Shown here: piece after piece, positions 55,554 to 64,000 of the stretch | Position numbering within the stretch: the first letter of the stretch is position 1 | Layout of the letters: each line of letters begins with the position of its first letter | NCBI GenBank assembly: GCA_964540535.1 | Contig: CAZIMO010000002.1 | Location: 216,705-280,704 of the forward strand | Length of the DNA: 64,000 nucleotides | Origin: an uncultured Eubacteriales bacterium | GTDB lineage: Bacteria; Bacillota; Clostridia; Oscillospirales; Acutalibacteraceae | Direction of reading: 5' to 3' | Made by a program: the position numbers and the translations under genes | Notes under the pieces: generated by a model | Database searches by the model: none | Told to the model about the DNA's origin: nothing | What the model saw: only the letters and a program-made list of their open reading frames with translations

Positions 55554-56375
55554 TTACCCCTCCTTTTTAGAACGCTGTTTTTTATCAGAGCGTGACTGCG
55601 CAATGTTCATAAGTATAAGAAGCACAAACATTGCGCCGAAAATAAGCGTTGAAAGCGCATACATATCGGGCTTTACCCTTTTCTTTGTCATTGAAAAAAT
55701 GTGAATTGGCAATGTCTGAAAATCGGGTCCGTTTGTAAAATAACTAATTATAAAATCGTCAAGCGACAGGGTGAACGCCATAATCGCACCTGCAATAACG
55801 CCCGGAAGAATCGCAGGGAAAACCACTTTAAAGAAAGCCTTTAAGGGGTGACATCCCAAATCCTGCGCCGCCTCATAAATTCTGTTATCGGTTTGACGAA
55901 GCTTTGGCAGAATTGAGAGAATAACATAGGGAAGCTGGAATGTAACATGGGCAATAAGCAGTGTCCAAAATCCCAAAACATTGCGTCTGTTGAACATTAC
56001 TCCTGCGAAAACGAACAAAAGCATCATTGAAATACCTGTTACGATTTCGGGGTTCATCATAGGTATGTTTGTAACAGTCATTACAGAGGACTTAACATAT
56101 TTATTTCTCATTGAATTAAGTCCGACTGCGGCGAGAGTACCGAGAGCCGTAGCGATTGCCGCTGAAGTAACCGCAAGAATTATTGTGTTTTTAAGAGCGT
56201 CCATTGTTACTTTATCGCGGAACAGATGCTCATACCATTGAAGCGAAAATCCGTTAAAAATATACGTGCTTTCTGACGAGTTAAACGAGAAAACTATCAT
56301 AACAGCCATTGGCGCATAAAGAAAAATGAACACAAGGGCTATATAAAGCTTTGCTAAAGGAGATGTTTTTGTCAT
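55554..56375 (-). CDS. potC: ABC transporter permease
   Basis: 6 TM segments and the EAA loop EAAQDLGCHPLKAF. Confidence 0.85.
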   Translation of the reverse strand: MTKTSPLAKLYIALVFIFLYAPMAVMIVFSFNSSESTYIFNGFSLQWYEHLFRDKVTMDALKNTIILAVTSAAIATALGTLAAVGLNSMRNKYVKSSVMTVTNIPMMNPEIVTGISMMLLFVFAGVMFNRRNVLGFWTLLIAHVTFQLPYVILSILPKLRQTDNRIYEAAQDLGCHPLKAFFKVVFPAILPGVIAGAIMAFTLSLDDFIISYFTNGPDFQTLPIHIFSMTKKRVKPDMYALSTLIFGAMFVLLILMNIAQSRSDKKQRSKKEG

Positions 56376-57199
56376 ATCAGCACACCTCCGTCATCATCAC
56401 TGTCAGTAAAATAATTGAGTACGCCCAGGCAAATCAAAATCATAACCATAAGCACAAGGGATAATGCCGCACCCACATTGTAATTATATGCGGTTTGGAA
56501 CTGACCCTCAATAACATCGCCTATCAAGGTTATCTGACCGCCGCCGAGCTTTTGCGTAATATAGAATGTACTTACGCTTGGCACAAATACCATTGTAATA
56601 CCGCTCGCTATTCCGGGAATTGTAAGCGGAAAAATCACTTTTCTGAGGCAGTAGAATTTATTACAACCCAAATCCTGCGCCGCCTCAATAAGAGATTTAT
56701 CCATTTTGGACATTGCGGTATAAAGAGGTAAAATCATATAGGGCAAAAAGTTATAAACCATGCCGAGTATAACCGCACCGCTTGTATTGAGCATTTGCAG
56801 TGGTTCAATACCGAAAATGCCTAAAAGTCGGTTAATTACACCCGACTCACCCAAAATTGTAATCCACGAATAAGTACGGATAAGAAAACTCATCCACATA
56901 GGAAGCATTACAAGCATTGTTGCAACACTTTGGAATGAAGCTTTTGTCTGTGCCAGTGCATAGGCAAAGGGATATGCAATCAGCAGGCAAATTGCGGTTG
57001 CCACCGCGCCATAGCTGATTGAAAGAATAAATACCGTTGTATAATCGCCGATTTGCGTGATATTAGAAAAGGTAAATGCTCCCGAAGAATCGGTAAAGGC
57101 ATAATATATAACCATTATAAGAGGTGCAACTATAAACAGCACCGACCAAAGCATATACGGAGCGTTCATAAGCTTTTGAACAAGAGATGACTTTCTCAT
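56372..57199 (-). CDS. potB: ABC transporter permease
   Basis: 6 TM segments and the EAA loop EAAQDLGCNKFYCL. Confidence 0.85.
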   Translation of the reverse strand: MRKSSLVQKLMNAPYMLWSVLFIVAPLIMVIYYAFTDSSGAFTFSNITQIGDYTTVFILSISYGAVATAICLLIAYPFAYALAQTKASFQSVATMLVMLPMWMSFLIRTYSWITILGESGVINRLLGIFGIEPLQMLNTSGAVILGMVYNFLPYMILPLYTAMSKMDKSLIEAAQDLGCNKFYCLRKVIFPLTIPGIASGITMVFVPSVSTFYITQKLGGGQITLIGDVIEGQFQTAYNYNVGAALSLVLMVMILICLGVLNYFTDSDDDGGVLI

Positions 57200-57216
57200 A
57201 ACAGTATCACCTCTCC

Positions 57217-58326
57217 TTATGCTTCAGAGAGTTCGTCGAACTCGTCGCTGAATGAGCTGTAATCGCCGTAAAGTCCGGAATATTCGGACTTTTTCATAAT
57301 GTGCATTTCATCGGGATCGATTGAAATACCTATTACATCGCCGACCTCGCTCTTTTCGGTTGTTTGAATCATCCATTTGAAATTGTCAATATCAACGATA
57401 ATTTCATAATGAACACCTTTAAAAGTCACCGATGTAACCGTACCTTGAAGCATACCGTCTTGAGGAGATACAACATCAATATCCTCCGGTCTGATAACAA
57501 CATCGACAGGCTCGTTATGCTTAAAGCCCTTGTCAACGCACTTGAATTTTATTCCGTTAAATTCAACAGTGAAATCCTCTTTCATTATTCCGTCAAGAAT
57601 ATTGCTTTCGCCGATGAAATCTGCAACGAATGCGTTTTTAGGCTCGTTATATATGTCAATAGGCGTGCCGATTTGCTGAATTTCACCATTGTTCATAACA
57701 ACGACGGTGTCAGACATTGAAAGAGCCTCTTCTTGGTCGTGCGTAACATAAATAAAGGTTATGCCCAATTTCTGCTGAATGTTTTTAAGTTCAACCTGCA
57801 TATCCTTACGGAGTTTAAGGTCAAGAGCGCCGAGAGGCTCGTCAAGAAGCACGACGCGCGGATTAACTGCCAACGCGCGGGCAATGGCAACTCGTTGCTG
57901 CTGACCGCCGGAAAGAGAGTCGATTTTACGCGAGCCGAAGCCTTTAAGATTTACAAGATTAAGCATTTCACTTACTTTTTCTTGAATTGCAGCTTCTTTC
58001 CACTTTTTAAGGCGGAGTCCGAACGCGATGTTTTCATAAACATTCAAATGCGGAAAAAGCGCATAACGCTGAAAAATGGTGTTAACCTGTCGCTTATACG
58101 CAGGAACACCATTGATATTTTTTCCTTCGAAAATAACATCGCCGCTATCCTGCTGTAAAAAGCCTGCAATAATTCGCAGAGTAGTAGTTTTGCCGCAGCC
58201 CGACGGACCGAGCAGAGTCAGAAACTCACCGTCACGGATATAAAGGTTGATGTTATTAAGTATTTTTTGATTTTCAAAGCTTACGCTGATATTTTTGAGA
58301 TCGATGATAATTGGATTATTTTTCAA
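57217..58326 (-). CDS. potA: Spermidine/putrescine ABC transporter ATP-binding protein
   Basis: Walker [18 protein letters not shown], and a TOBE-like C-terminus. TTG start with SD GGAAAGGGG. Confidence 0.9.
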   Translation of the reverse strand: MKNNPIIIDLKNISVSFENQKILNNINLYIRDGEFLTLLGPSGCGKTTTLRIIAGFLQQDSGDVIFEGKNINGVPAYKRQVNTIFQRYALFPHLNVYENIAFGLRLKKWKEAAIQEKVSEMLNLVNLKGFGSRKIDSLSGGQQQRVAIARALAVNPRVVLLDEPLGALDLKLRKDMQVELKNIQQKLGITFIYVTHDQEEALSMSDTVVVMNNGEIQQIGTPIDIYNEPKNAFVADFIGESNILDGIMKEDFTVEFNGIKFKCVDKGFKHNEPVDVVIRPEDIDVVSPQDGMLQGTVTSVTFKGVHYEIIVDIDNFKWMIQTTEKSEVGDVIGISIDPDEMHIMKKSEYSGLYGDYSSFSDEFDELSEA

Positions 58327-58414
58327 TTATGCAGCCCCTTTCCAACCGATAGATATAGTTGAGATTGAACGGCTCAAAAATTCAGAGCCGTTCCACCCTA
58401 ATTGGTATAAAATA

Positions 58415-58443
58415 AATATAATGAAAAATTTCAAAAATGTCAA
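58415..58443 (-). promoter_or_regulatory. Sigma-A type promoter of the pot operon
   Basis: Minus strand reads TTGACA, 17 nt, TATATT. Confidence 0.6.
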
Positions 58444-58471
58444 TAATTTTTGACAAATTTTGATGAAAAAA

Positions 58472-59344
58472 TCAACCGAGAATTTCTGTCAATTTGTCTG
58501 GATTTCTTGTAGTTATGTTATCAATAGACATTGTAAGAACTTTATGCATATCATATTCACTGTCAACAGTCCAAACCGACACCAACAAACCTCTCACACG
58601 GAAGGTTCTTGCTATATCGGAACTTAAACTTTTATAGTTAAAGTTTATACCGACAGCGCCCATATTTTCAACAGTTTCAGCAAGGGATTTTATATATTCG
58701 TCATCCGTATTTTTCTTTTCGTCTACATCTATATTGAGATAATACGGCACAATAGGACATCCGCTTTTTACTGCGGCAACATCTGCCATAGTAATTCCTG
58801 TAAAGAAGACCCGTTCTTTCAATCTATATCTTATTACAAGCTGATGAACCGCTTCCATATTGGCTACGCTTTTCATATCAAGATTTGCTTTGATATTTTT
58901 ATTTTCGTCAAGGAATTTGAATGCCTCTTCAAGGGTAACTTCATTGCCCTTTGGTTTATCGTGAGAAAGCACCGGAGTTCCGTCTTCGGTGAAAGTCACA
59001 TCAAATTCAATTACATCAGCACCGCTGTCAACGCCTGCCTGCATTGCTTCAATAGAATTATCTTTAGTATTCATACAGCCTGTGTGCGCGGTAACTGTAA
59101 AGCGTGGAAGAAGTCTTGCAGGATTTTCTTTATATTTTTTCAGATTTGCCGAACGAACTCCGAAATAAATTGAAGTACCCAAAACAGCCACGACAAGCAC
59201 AAAAGATGTTGAAGCGATTATAACCTGTTTTTTATTCTTTTTTATAGCACTTACAAGCTTTGAAGATTTAATTTTTTGAAATGCTTGCTGTATTTTGGAT
59301 ATATCAAATTTTATATTTTTGAAATCTGTTTTTGCTTTTTTCAT
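58472..59344 (-). CDS. Membrane-anchored glycerophosphodiester phosphodiesterase
   Basis: Start at MKKAKTDF, one TM helix, and the GDPD motif HTGC..ENSIEA..GADVIEFDV. Confidence 0.8.
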   Translation of the reverse strand: MKKAKTDFKNIKFDISKIQQAFQKIKSSKLVSAIKKNKKQVIIASTSFVLVVAVLGTSIYFGVRSANLKKYKENPARLLPRFTVTAHTGCMNTKDNSIEAMQAGVDSGADVIEFDVTFTEDGTPVLSHDKPKGNEVTLEEAFKFLDENKNIKANLDMKSVANMEAVHQLVIRYRLKERVFFTGITMADVAAVKSGCPIVPYYLNIDVDEKKNTDDEYIKSLAETVENMGAVGINFNYKSLSSDIARTFRVRGLLVSVWTVDSEYDMHKVLTMSIDNITTRNPDKLTEILG

Positions 59345-59499
59345 ATATCTCTCCGCCTTTATCCCTTTCGGTAATATAAATTTATTATATTTTAATATTA
59401 AACGCTGCACAAATCAAGTTCTTATTGATTTATTTTTATTTTAGGTATATCATATTTAAGATGTTTTCAGAAAAACCGAACAAATTAAAGGAGTAAACT

Positions 59500-59907
59500 A
59501 TGAAAAAAGCAGTTAATTCAAAAGTTTTTATTTCTATTTTATCGCTTATGCTCGTTGCGGCTATGGCACTTTCATTTTCATCCTGCGGTAATAATGACAG
59601 TACATCAAATGCAGGAGAAAAATCATTTGTATTCAAGGTCGTTGATATTGACGGAACAGAAAAATCCTTTGACGTCACAACAAACGCAGCAACCGTAGGC
59701 GAAGCTCTTATTGAAGAAAAGCTGATTTCAGGCAGTGAAAGCGAATACGGTCTTATGGTAGACACAGTTAACGGCATTAAATACGATTATAACACTGACG
59801 GCTGTTATTGGGCATTCTATATAAACGGTGAATACGCTATGACGGGCGTTGATTCAACCGAAATTACAGACGGCACGGAATATTCCTTCGTTGCGACTAA
59901 AGCTTAA
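59500..59907 (+). CDS. DUF4430-like lipoprotein (transcobalamin-like fold)
   Basis: Lipobox LSFSSC and the C-terminal YWAFYINGEYAMTG motif typical of DUF4430. Confidence 0.6.
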   Translation: MKKAVNSKVFISILSLMLVAAMALSFSSCGNNDSTSNAGEKSFVFKVVDIDGTEKSFDVTTNAATVGEALIEEKLISGSESEYGLMVDTVNGIKYDYNTDGCYWAFYINGEYAMTGVDSTEITDGTEYSFVATKA

Positions 59908-60440
59908 TGAGAAACAAAAAATATCAGCAATTAGCTGACTTGATAATTTTCGCTATGCTCGGCGTTATAATGTTTATATCAAAATATATGACCGAGGCTT
60001 TGCCGAATGTTCACTTAATCGGTATGCTGACAATGACTTATACCGTTGCGTACCGAAAAAAAGCGCTTATTCCTATTTATGTGTTTGTGTTGCTGACAGG
60101 GCTTTTTAACGGCTTTGCGCTGTGGTGGATTCCTTATCTTTATATATGGACAGTTCTTTGGGGAGTCACTATGCTTTTACCTAAAAAAATGAGCAAAAAA
60201 GCCGTTGTTCCGGTTTACGCTGTAATTTGCGCGCTTCACGGACTTGCATACGGCACGCTTTATGCGCCTGTTCAGGCGATAATGTATAATTTGAATTTTA
60301 AGGCTATGACAGCTTGGATTATAGCGGGGCTTCCTTGGGATGCAATTCACGCCGCAGGAAATTTTGTACTTGGATTTCTTATCGTACCGCTTTCAACGGT
60401 TTTAATAAAATTTCACCGAACCGCAGGTCAGGAAAAATAA
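59907..60440 (+). CDS. ECF-type S-component-like membrane protein
   Basis: 177 aa, about 5-6 TM segments, translationally coupled (TAATG) to the DUF4430 gene. Confidence 0.55.
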   Translation: MRNKKYQQLADLIIFAMLGVIMFISKYMTEALPNVHLIGMLTMTYTVAYRKKALIPIYVFVLLTGLFNGFALWWIPYLYIWTVLWGVTMLLPKKMSKKAVVPVYAVICALHGLAYGTLYAPVQAIMYNLNFKAMTAWIIAGLPWDAIHAAGNFVLGFLIVPLSTVLIKFHRTAGQEK

Positions 60441-60443
60441 AAT

Positions 60444-60479
60444 AACCGATTGGGATTTAAAGCAAATTCCAATCGGTTA
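60444..60479. terminator. Bidirectional terminator
   Basis: AACCGATTGG..(15 nt)..CCAATCGGTT with flanking A/T runs. Confidence 0.75.
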
Positions 60480-60484
60480 TTTTT

Positions 60485-60946
60485 TTACTGCTGTTTTTTA
60501 TCAAGAAAGCTTGAAAGCTCTTCCATAAACGCATTTACATCTTTAAACTGCTTATAAACAGAGGCAAAACGGACATAAGCAACCTCATCAATGGCTTTAA
60601 GCTTTTCCATTACAAGCTCGCCTACGTGAACCGAAGTCACCTCACGGTCAAGGGAGTTTTGAAGTGTTGTTTCGATTTCACTTACTGATTTTTCGATAGT
60701 TTCCATTGAAACAGGGCGTTTTTCGCAAGCACGAAGCATACCGTTCATAAGCTTTTGGCGGTCAAACGCTTCACGAGATCTATCCTTTTTAACAATAAGA
60801 ATAGGCACGCTTTCAATAATCTCATAAGTTGTAAATCTTTTTGTGCATTTAATACATTCGCGGCGGCGGCGAATTCTCTCGCCCTCATCTGTAGGTCGGG
60901 AATCAATTACCTTGCTTTCTTCAAATCCGCAAAAAGGACATTTCAT
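60485..60946 (-). CDS. nrdR: Transcriptional repressor NrdR
   Basis: MKCPFCG..zinc ribbon..CIKC plus an ATP-cone, 153 aa. Confidence 0.95.
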   Translation of the reverse strand: MKCPFCGFEESKVIDSRPTDEGERIRRRRECIKCTKRFTTYEIIESVPILIVKKDRSREAFDRQKLMNGMLRACEKRPVSMETIEKSVSEIETTLQNSLDREVTSVHVGELVMEKLKAIDEVAYVRFASVYKQFKDVNAFMEELSSFLDKKQQ

Positions 60947-61016
60947 AAGAACACTCCCTATATTTTACATTCTACATATTGTATTGTAACACAACCGAAG
61001 GCACAATGTAAAGGGG

Positions 61017-61799
61017 TCAAAGCAATTTTTTAAGTCCCCCGAGGGCATTTGTAAGCTCTAAGTCGCTGTCATATCCAAATTCGTAAAGCTCAATAATATA
61101 ATCTCCGTTAAAGCCATACCCTTTCATCATATCAAAAAAGCGTTTGAAATTAAAAACACCGTCGCGCAGAGGCACCATACAGTCCATTTTTTCATTGTGG
61201 TCGCTTATGTGAATGTGACGGATATATTTGTGAAGTTTTGCGGCGAAATCATAAGGGTCGATTCCTGTTCTGACCGACTGTTTTATATCAAAAACCATAT
61301 TGAAATCATCGCCTATATACTGCCCCATACGCAGAAGAAAATCGGGATTTTCACTGCGGTAATGCACCACATTTTCCTGACAGATTTTAAATCCCTCTGC
61401 CTTTCCCATAAGTGTTAATTCGCCGAACCGTTCAAAATATTCTTCATCGCTGATGCTGCCGGGCTTTTTAATGCCGTGCATAACAAGTATTTCAGCGCCG
61501 AGAGCGTGCATCACATCAAAATGACGCTTAAATGAGGTATCTCTCGCCTCATAAAATCGACGGTTATATGAGCTGAAAAGGTGATAGGATTCGGTAAACG
61601 ACCCCATTGTGTGAACCGAAGCCACACGAGTACCGTAAGATTTACAGATTTCTGACATTTTACGGACAAATTCCGGTTCAAATTCAGAATCGGCATTCAT
61701 AAAGATTTCAATTGTTTCAGCACCTGCTTCGCACGCTCTTACAATGGATTTTTCCGTTTCAAGCGGATAAAAGCAGGCAGATGATAAGCCAATATCCAT
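61017..61799 (-). CDS. Xylose isomerase-like TIM-barrel protein (sugar phosphate isomerase/epimerase family)
   Basis: 260 aa. The pattern of conserved H/E/D residues and the size fit the AP-endonuclease-2 / TIM-barrel family. Confidence 0.65.
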   Translation of the reverse strand: MDIGLSSACFYPLETEKSIVRACEAGAETIEIFMNADSEFEPEFVRKMSEICKSYGTRVASVHTMGSFTESYHLFSSYNRRFYEARDTSFKRHFDVMHALGAEILVMHGIKKPGSISDEEYFERFGELTLMGKAEGFKICQENVVHYRSENPDFLLRMGQYIGDDFNMVFDIKQSVRTGIDPYDFAAKLHKYIRHIHISDHNEKMDCMVPLRDGVFNFKRFFDMMKGYGFNGDYIIELYEFGYDSDLELTNALGGLKKLL

Positions 61800-61814
61800 A
61801 TTTTTACTTCTTTC

Positions 61815-62591
61815 TTATCTCTTAATTACCTTTAACCCAACTGTTTGGGTCTGGAAGCCTCCGCCTGTGAGAATTCCTCGGTTAATTCCGCAGTCGGTAA
61901 AATCACGGCCACGGCTGATTATAATATAGTTTTCATCGGCTAAACGGTTGTTTGTAGGGTCAACACCATGCCAGCTTCCGTTATGATACACCTCAACCCA
62001 GGCGTGAGTTTCACCCTCGCCCACCATCATACCGACAACATAACGTGCAGGAATGCCTGCTTTACGCAAAAGAGCAAGAAGAATATGAGAATAATCCTGG
62101 CAAACGCCTGCGCCGTTTAAAAGCGCCTCTTCTGCTGTTGTAACAACGCTTGTTGAGCCTGTTTTATAGACAATATTTGCACGGATTGCTCTTGTAAACT
62201 TCAATGCTGTGTCAACGCTGTCCTGCGATATACCTATTTTAATACGCTCGAACATTCTGTTAAGTTCTGCACCGCATTTGGTGTAACTCGTAGGATATTT
62301 ATATACAGGATTTAAGTCTGATTCAGGGGTAATCTGCTCCCCTGTGATAACTGTTCCCGTAACATCAACGGTAAATTCGTTGTGCATTGTGACAATTCGG
62401 TCGGTAACAAGAATATTGCCGAATCCGTCGTGAGAATAAGTCAGTTCATTTTCGGGAAAAACCGTAATCTTAATGTCCTCAATATGTTGATTTTCGCATT
62501 CAAGAGGAATACAGCGAAGCGTATAACAATGTTTAATTACAGGCAATGAAAACTTGATTGACATATTATAAGAAAAATCTAAAACTGCCAT
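61815..62591 (-). CDS. Transglutaminase-like cysteine protease-fold protein
   Basis: Catalytic triad context GVCQDYSH ... THAWVEV ... DPTN. Confidence 0.85.
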   Translation of the reverse strand: MAVLDFSYNMSIKFSLPVIKHCYTLRCIPLECENQHIEDIKITVFPENELTYSHDGFGNILVTDRIVTMHNEFTVDVTGTVITGEQITPESDLNPVYKYPTSYTKCGAELNRMFERIKIGISQDSVDTALKFTRAIRANIVYKTGSTSVVTTAEEALLNGAGVCQDYSHILLALLRKAGIPARYVVGMMVGEGETHAWVEVYHNGSWHGVDPTNNRLADENYIIISRGRDFTDCGINRGILTGGGFQTQTVGLKVIKR

Positions 62592-63280
62592 TATACTATT
62601 ACTCCTGTTACAAAAAGCTGTGCCAATTCGTTCTGAATTGAGAATTTATAAGGATTATAATCCTCTTCTTCAAGAATCATACGGGTAAGGCGTTCTATTG
62701 AATTGACATTAAAGTCAATTCCCACCTTATAAAGACGGTTGAGCATTATTGAAAACTCTTTCCGCAAAAGCTCCACGGGATAATCAAGCCTTGTATACAG
62801 GTCAAGCCGTTCAATGCTTCTGCCGAATTTAAGAATATTTCTTGAAGTTTCTGCTTCAATATTGTCGTCAGCCGAACCCCAAAAGGCAAAAATCCAATCA
62901 GTTACCTCTTGAACCTTTAAAAGCGGCGCGTTACTGCTGCTGCTTTTTTCCATAATATCAACCGCAAGCTGAAGATACGAAAGAGTATCTGAAGAAATTA
63001 CATTTCGCATTTCAACCGCATTGTCATAAGCGTGAAGAAGGCTTGAATAAATTGACGACGGATCGTTTGCGTCAAACAGGAATGAGCTTATAAACTCTTG
63101 ACGGCAGGAATAGTTATTTGCAATGCCTAAACGGCGGCAAAAGCTTATATATTCTTCGTCATTTATATCAATCATAATGTCATAGCACTCGGTAAAGGCT
63201 TTAAGAGTTGTGAAAACACGCTCAACATACCTACCCAGCCAAAACAAATTGTCGCTTGATTTTATCGAGATAACACCCAT
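62591..63280 (-). CDS. Alpha-E domain protein (DUF403)
   Basis: N-terminal DNLFWLGRYVER motif. Coupled to both flanking genes. Confidence 0.8.
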   Translation of the reverse strand: MGVISIKSSDNLFWLGRYVERVFTTLKAFTECYDIMIDINDEEYISFCRRLGIANNYSCRQEFISSFLFDANDPSSIYSSLLHAYDNAVEMRNVISSDTLSYLQLAVDIMEKSSSSNAPLLKVQEVTDWIFAFWGSADDNIEAETSRNILKFGRSIERLDLYTRLDYPVELLRKEFSIMLNRLYKVGIDFNVNSIERLTRMILEEEDYNPYKFSIQNELAQLFVTGVIV

Positions 63281-64000
63281 GTGTCTTTAAAGCCCCCTCC
63301 CTGCGAAGAATTTACAACAAATGAATTTGCGTCTTTTGAAAAACGGGTCAGACCGCTTTTCCACACCACAGGCTCTTCGCCCATAAGCACAAAAGCGCGC
63401 AAATCTGCCTTGCGTTCTGTCCAAGCGCCGTTTTCGACCACCTTTAAATCGTTAAAACGAATAACCTCTTGGGCAATAAATCGACGAGGCTCTTTTTGAA
63501 TAAGCTTTTTCAATTCGTAAACTCTTTCAAGAGATAATTCACTGCCAAATACAACGCCGTAGCCGCCGGATTCGGCAACATCCTTGATAACAAGCTTTTG
63601 AATGTTGTCAAGCACATACTTCATATCGTCAGAATAAAACGGCAGATATGTAGGCGCATTTGAAAGTATAGGCTCTTCGCCGAGATAATATTGAATCATT
63701 GCAGGCACATAGTAATAAATACCCTTATCGTCTGCCACGCTGTTACCGGGCGCATTTACAAGCGCCACATTGCCTGCACGGTAAGCGTCCATAATATGAG
63801 GAACACCCAGCAGTGAATCTGCGCGGAAAGTCATAGGGTCAATAAAATCGTCATTTATTCTGCGGTAAACTGCTCCTACACGCTGACGCTTGCCCGAATA
63901 TTCACTGTAATAAAGCACGTTGCCCTCAACAAACAAATCCTGCGGCATTGCAAAAACCGAGCCTGTTTTTTCGGCAAGATATGAATGCTCAAAAAACGCA
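63262..64000 (-). CDS. Circularly permuted type-2 ATP-grasp protein (N-terminus beyond window end)
   Basis: The frame stays open to base 64000 (..EHSYLAEKTGSVFAMPQDL..). Carries the motif NAPGNSVADDKGIYYYVP. Confidence 0.8.
   Translation of the reverse strand, partial: AFFEHSYLAEKTGSVFAMPQDLFVEGNVLYYSEYSGKRQRVGAVYRRINDDFIDPMTFRADSLLGVPHIMDAYRAGNVALVNAPGNSVADDKGIYYYVPAMIQYYLGEEPILSNAPTYLPFYSDDMKYVLDNIQKLVIKDVAESGGYGVVFGSELSLERVYELKKLIQKEPRRFIAQEVIRFNDLKVVENGAWTERKADLRAFVLMGEEPVVWKSGLTRFSKDANSFVVNSSQGGGFKDTWVLSR

Overview
This is a 64-kb chromosomal segment from a spore-forming, anaerobic Firmicute. Clostridia is my inference from gene content: spoIID, the spoIIAA-spoIIAB-sigF operon, yaaQ-holB-yaaT order, the rplU-prp-rpmA operon, class III RNR, FeoAB and ferredoxin. 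It is densely coded, mostly on the minus strand, with about 65 credible CDS and one tRNA-Arg(CCG). There is no rRNA, no CRISPR array and no intact IS or prophage.

Housekeeping content:
- Hsp33, citrate synthase, YchF, TcdA, FolD, Lgt, and a pair of M16 peptidases.
- nrdD-nrdG plus NrdR, and potABCD.
- csoR-copA, feoAB, and an MntR/DtxR regulator.
- An ATP-grasp / alpha-E / transglutaminase triad.

Decayed accessory remnants:
- An XRE gene with an in-frame TGA.
- A SLOG/DUF1273-like gene with an in-frame TAG.
- A fused Phd-RelE toxin-antitoxin remnant.

The most unusual signals are non-coding:
1. A dispersed, structured element of about 88 nt. It has four copies, always co-oriented with the downstream gene and ending 4-5 nt before its start codon. 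One copy fills the csoR-copA spacer.
2. A 385-bp unit closed by 23-bp inverted repeats, sitting between a consensus promoter and a radical SAM gene.
3. An array of short variable hairpins, each joined by the 8-mer TATTTCAC, next to the tRNA.
4. A standalone 58-aa glycyl-radical peptide gene between nrdD and nrdG, while the NrdD tail carries a degenerate copy of the same motif.

All calls come from reading the sequence and recalling family motifs. No database search or folding program was run.
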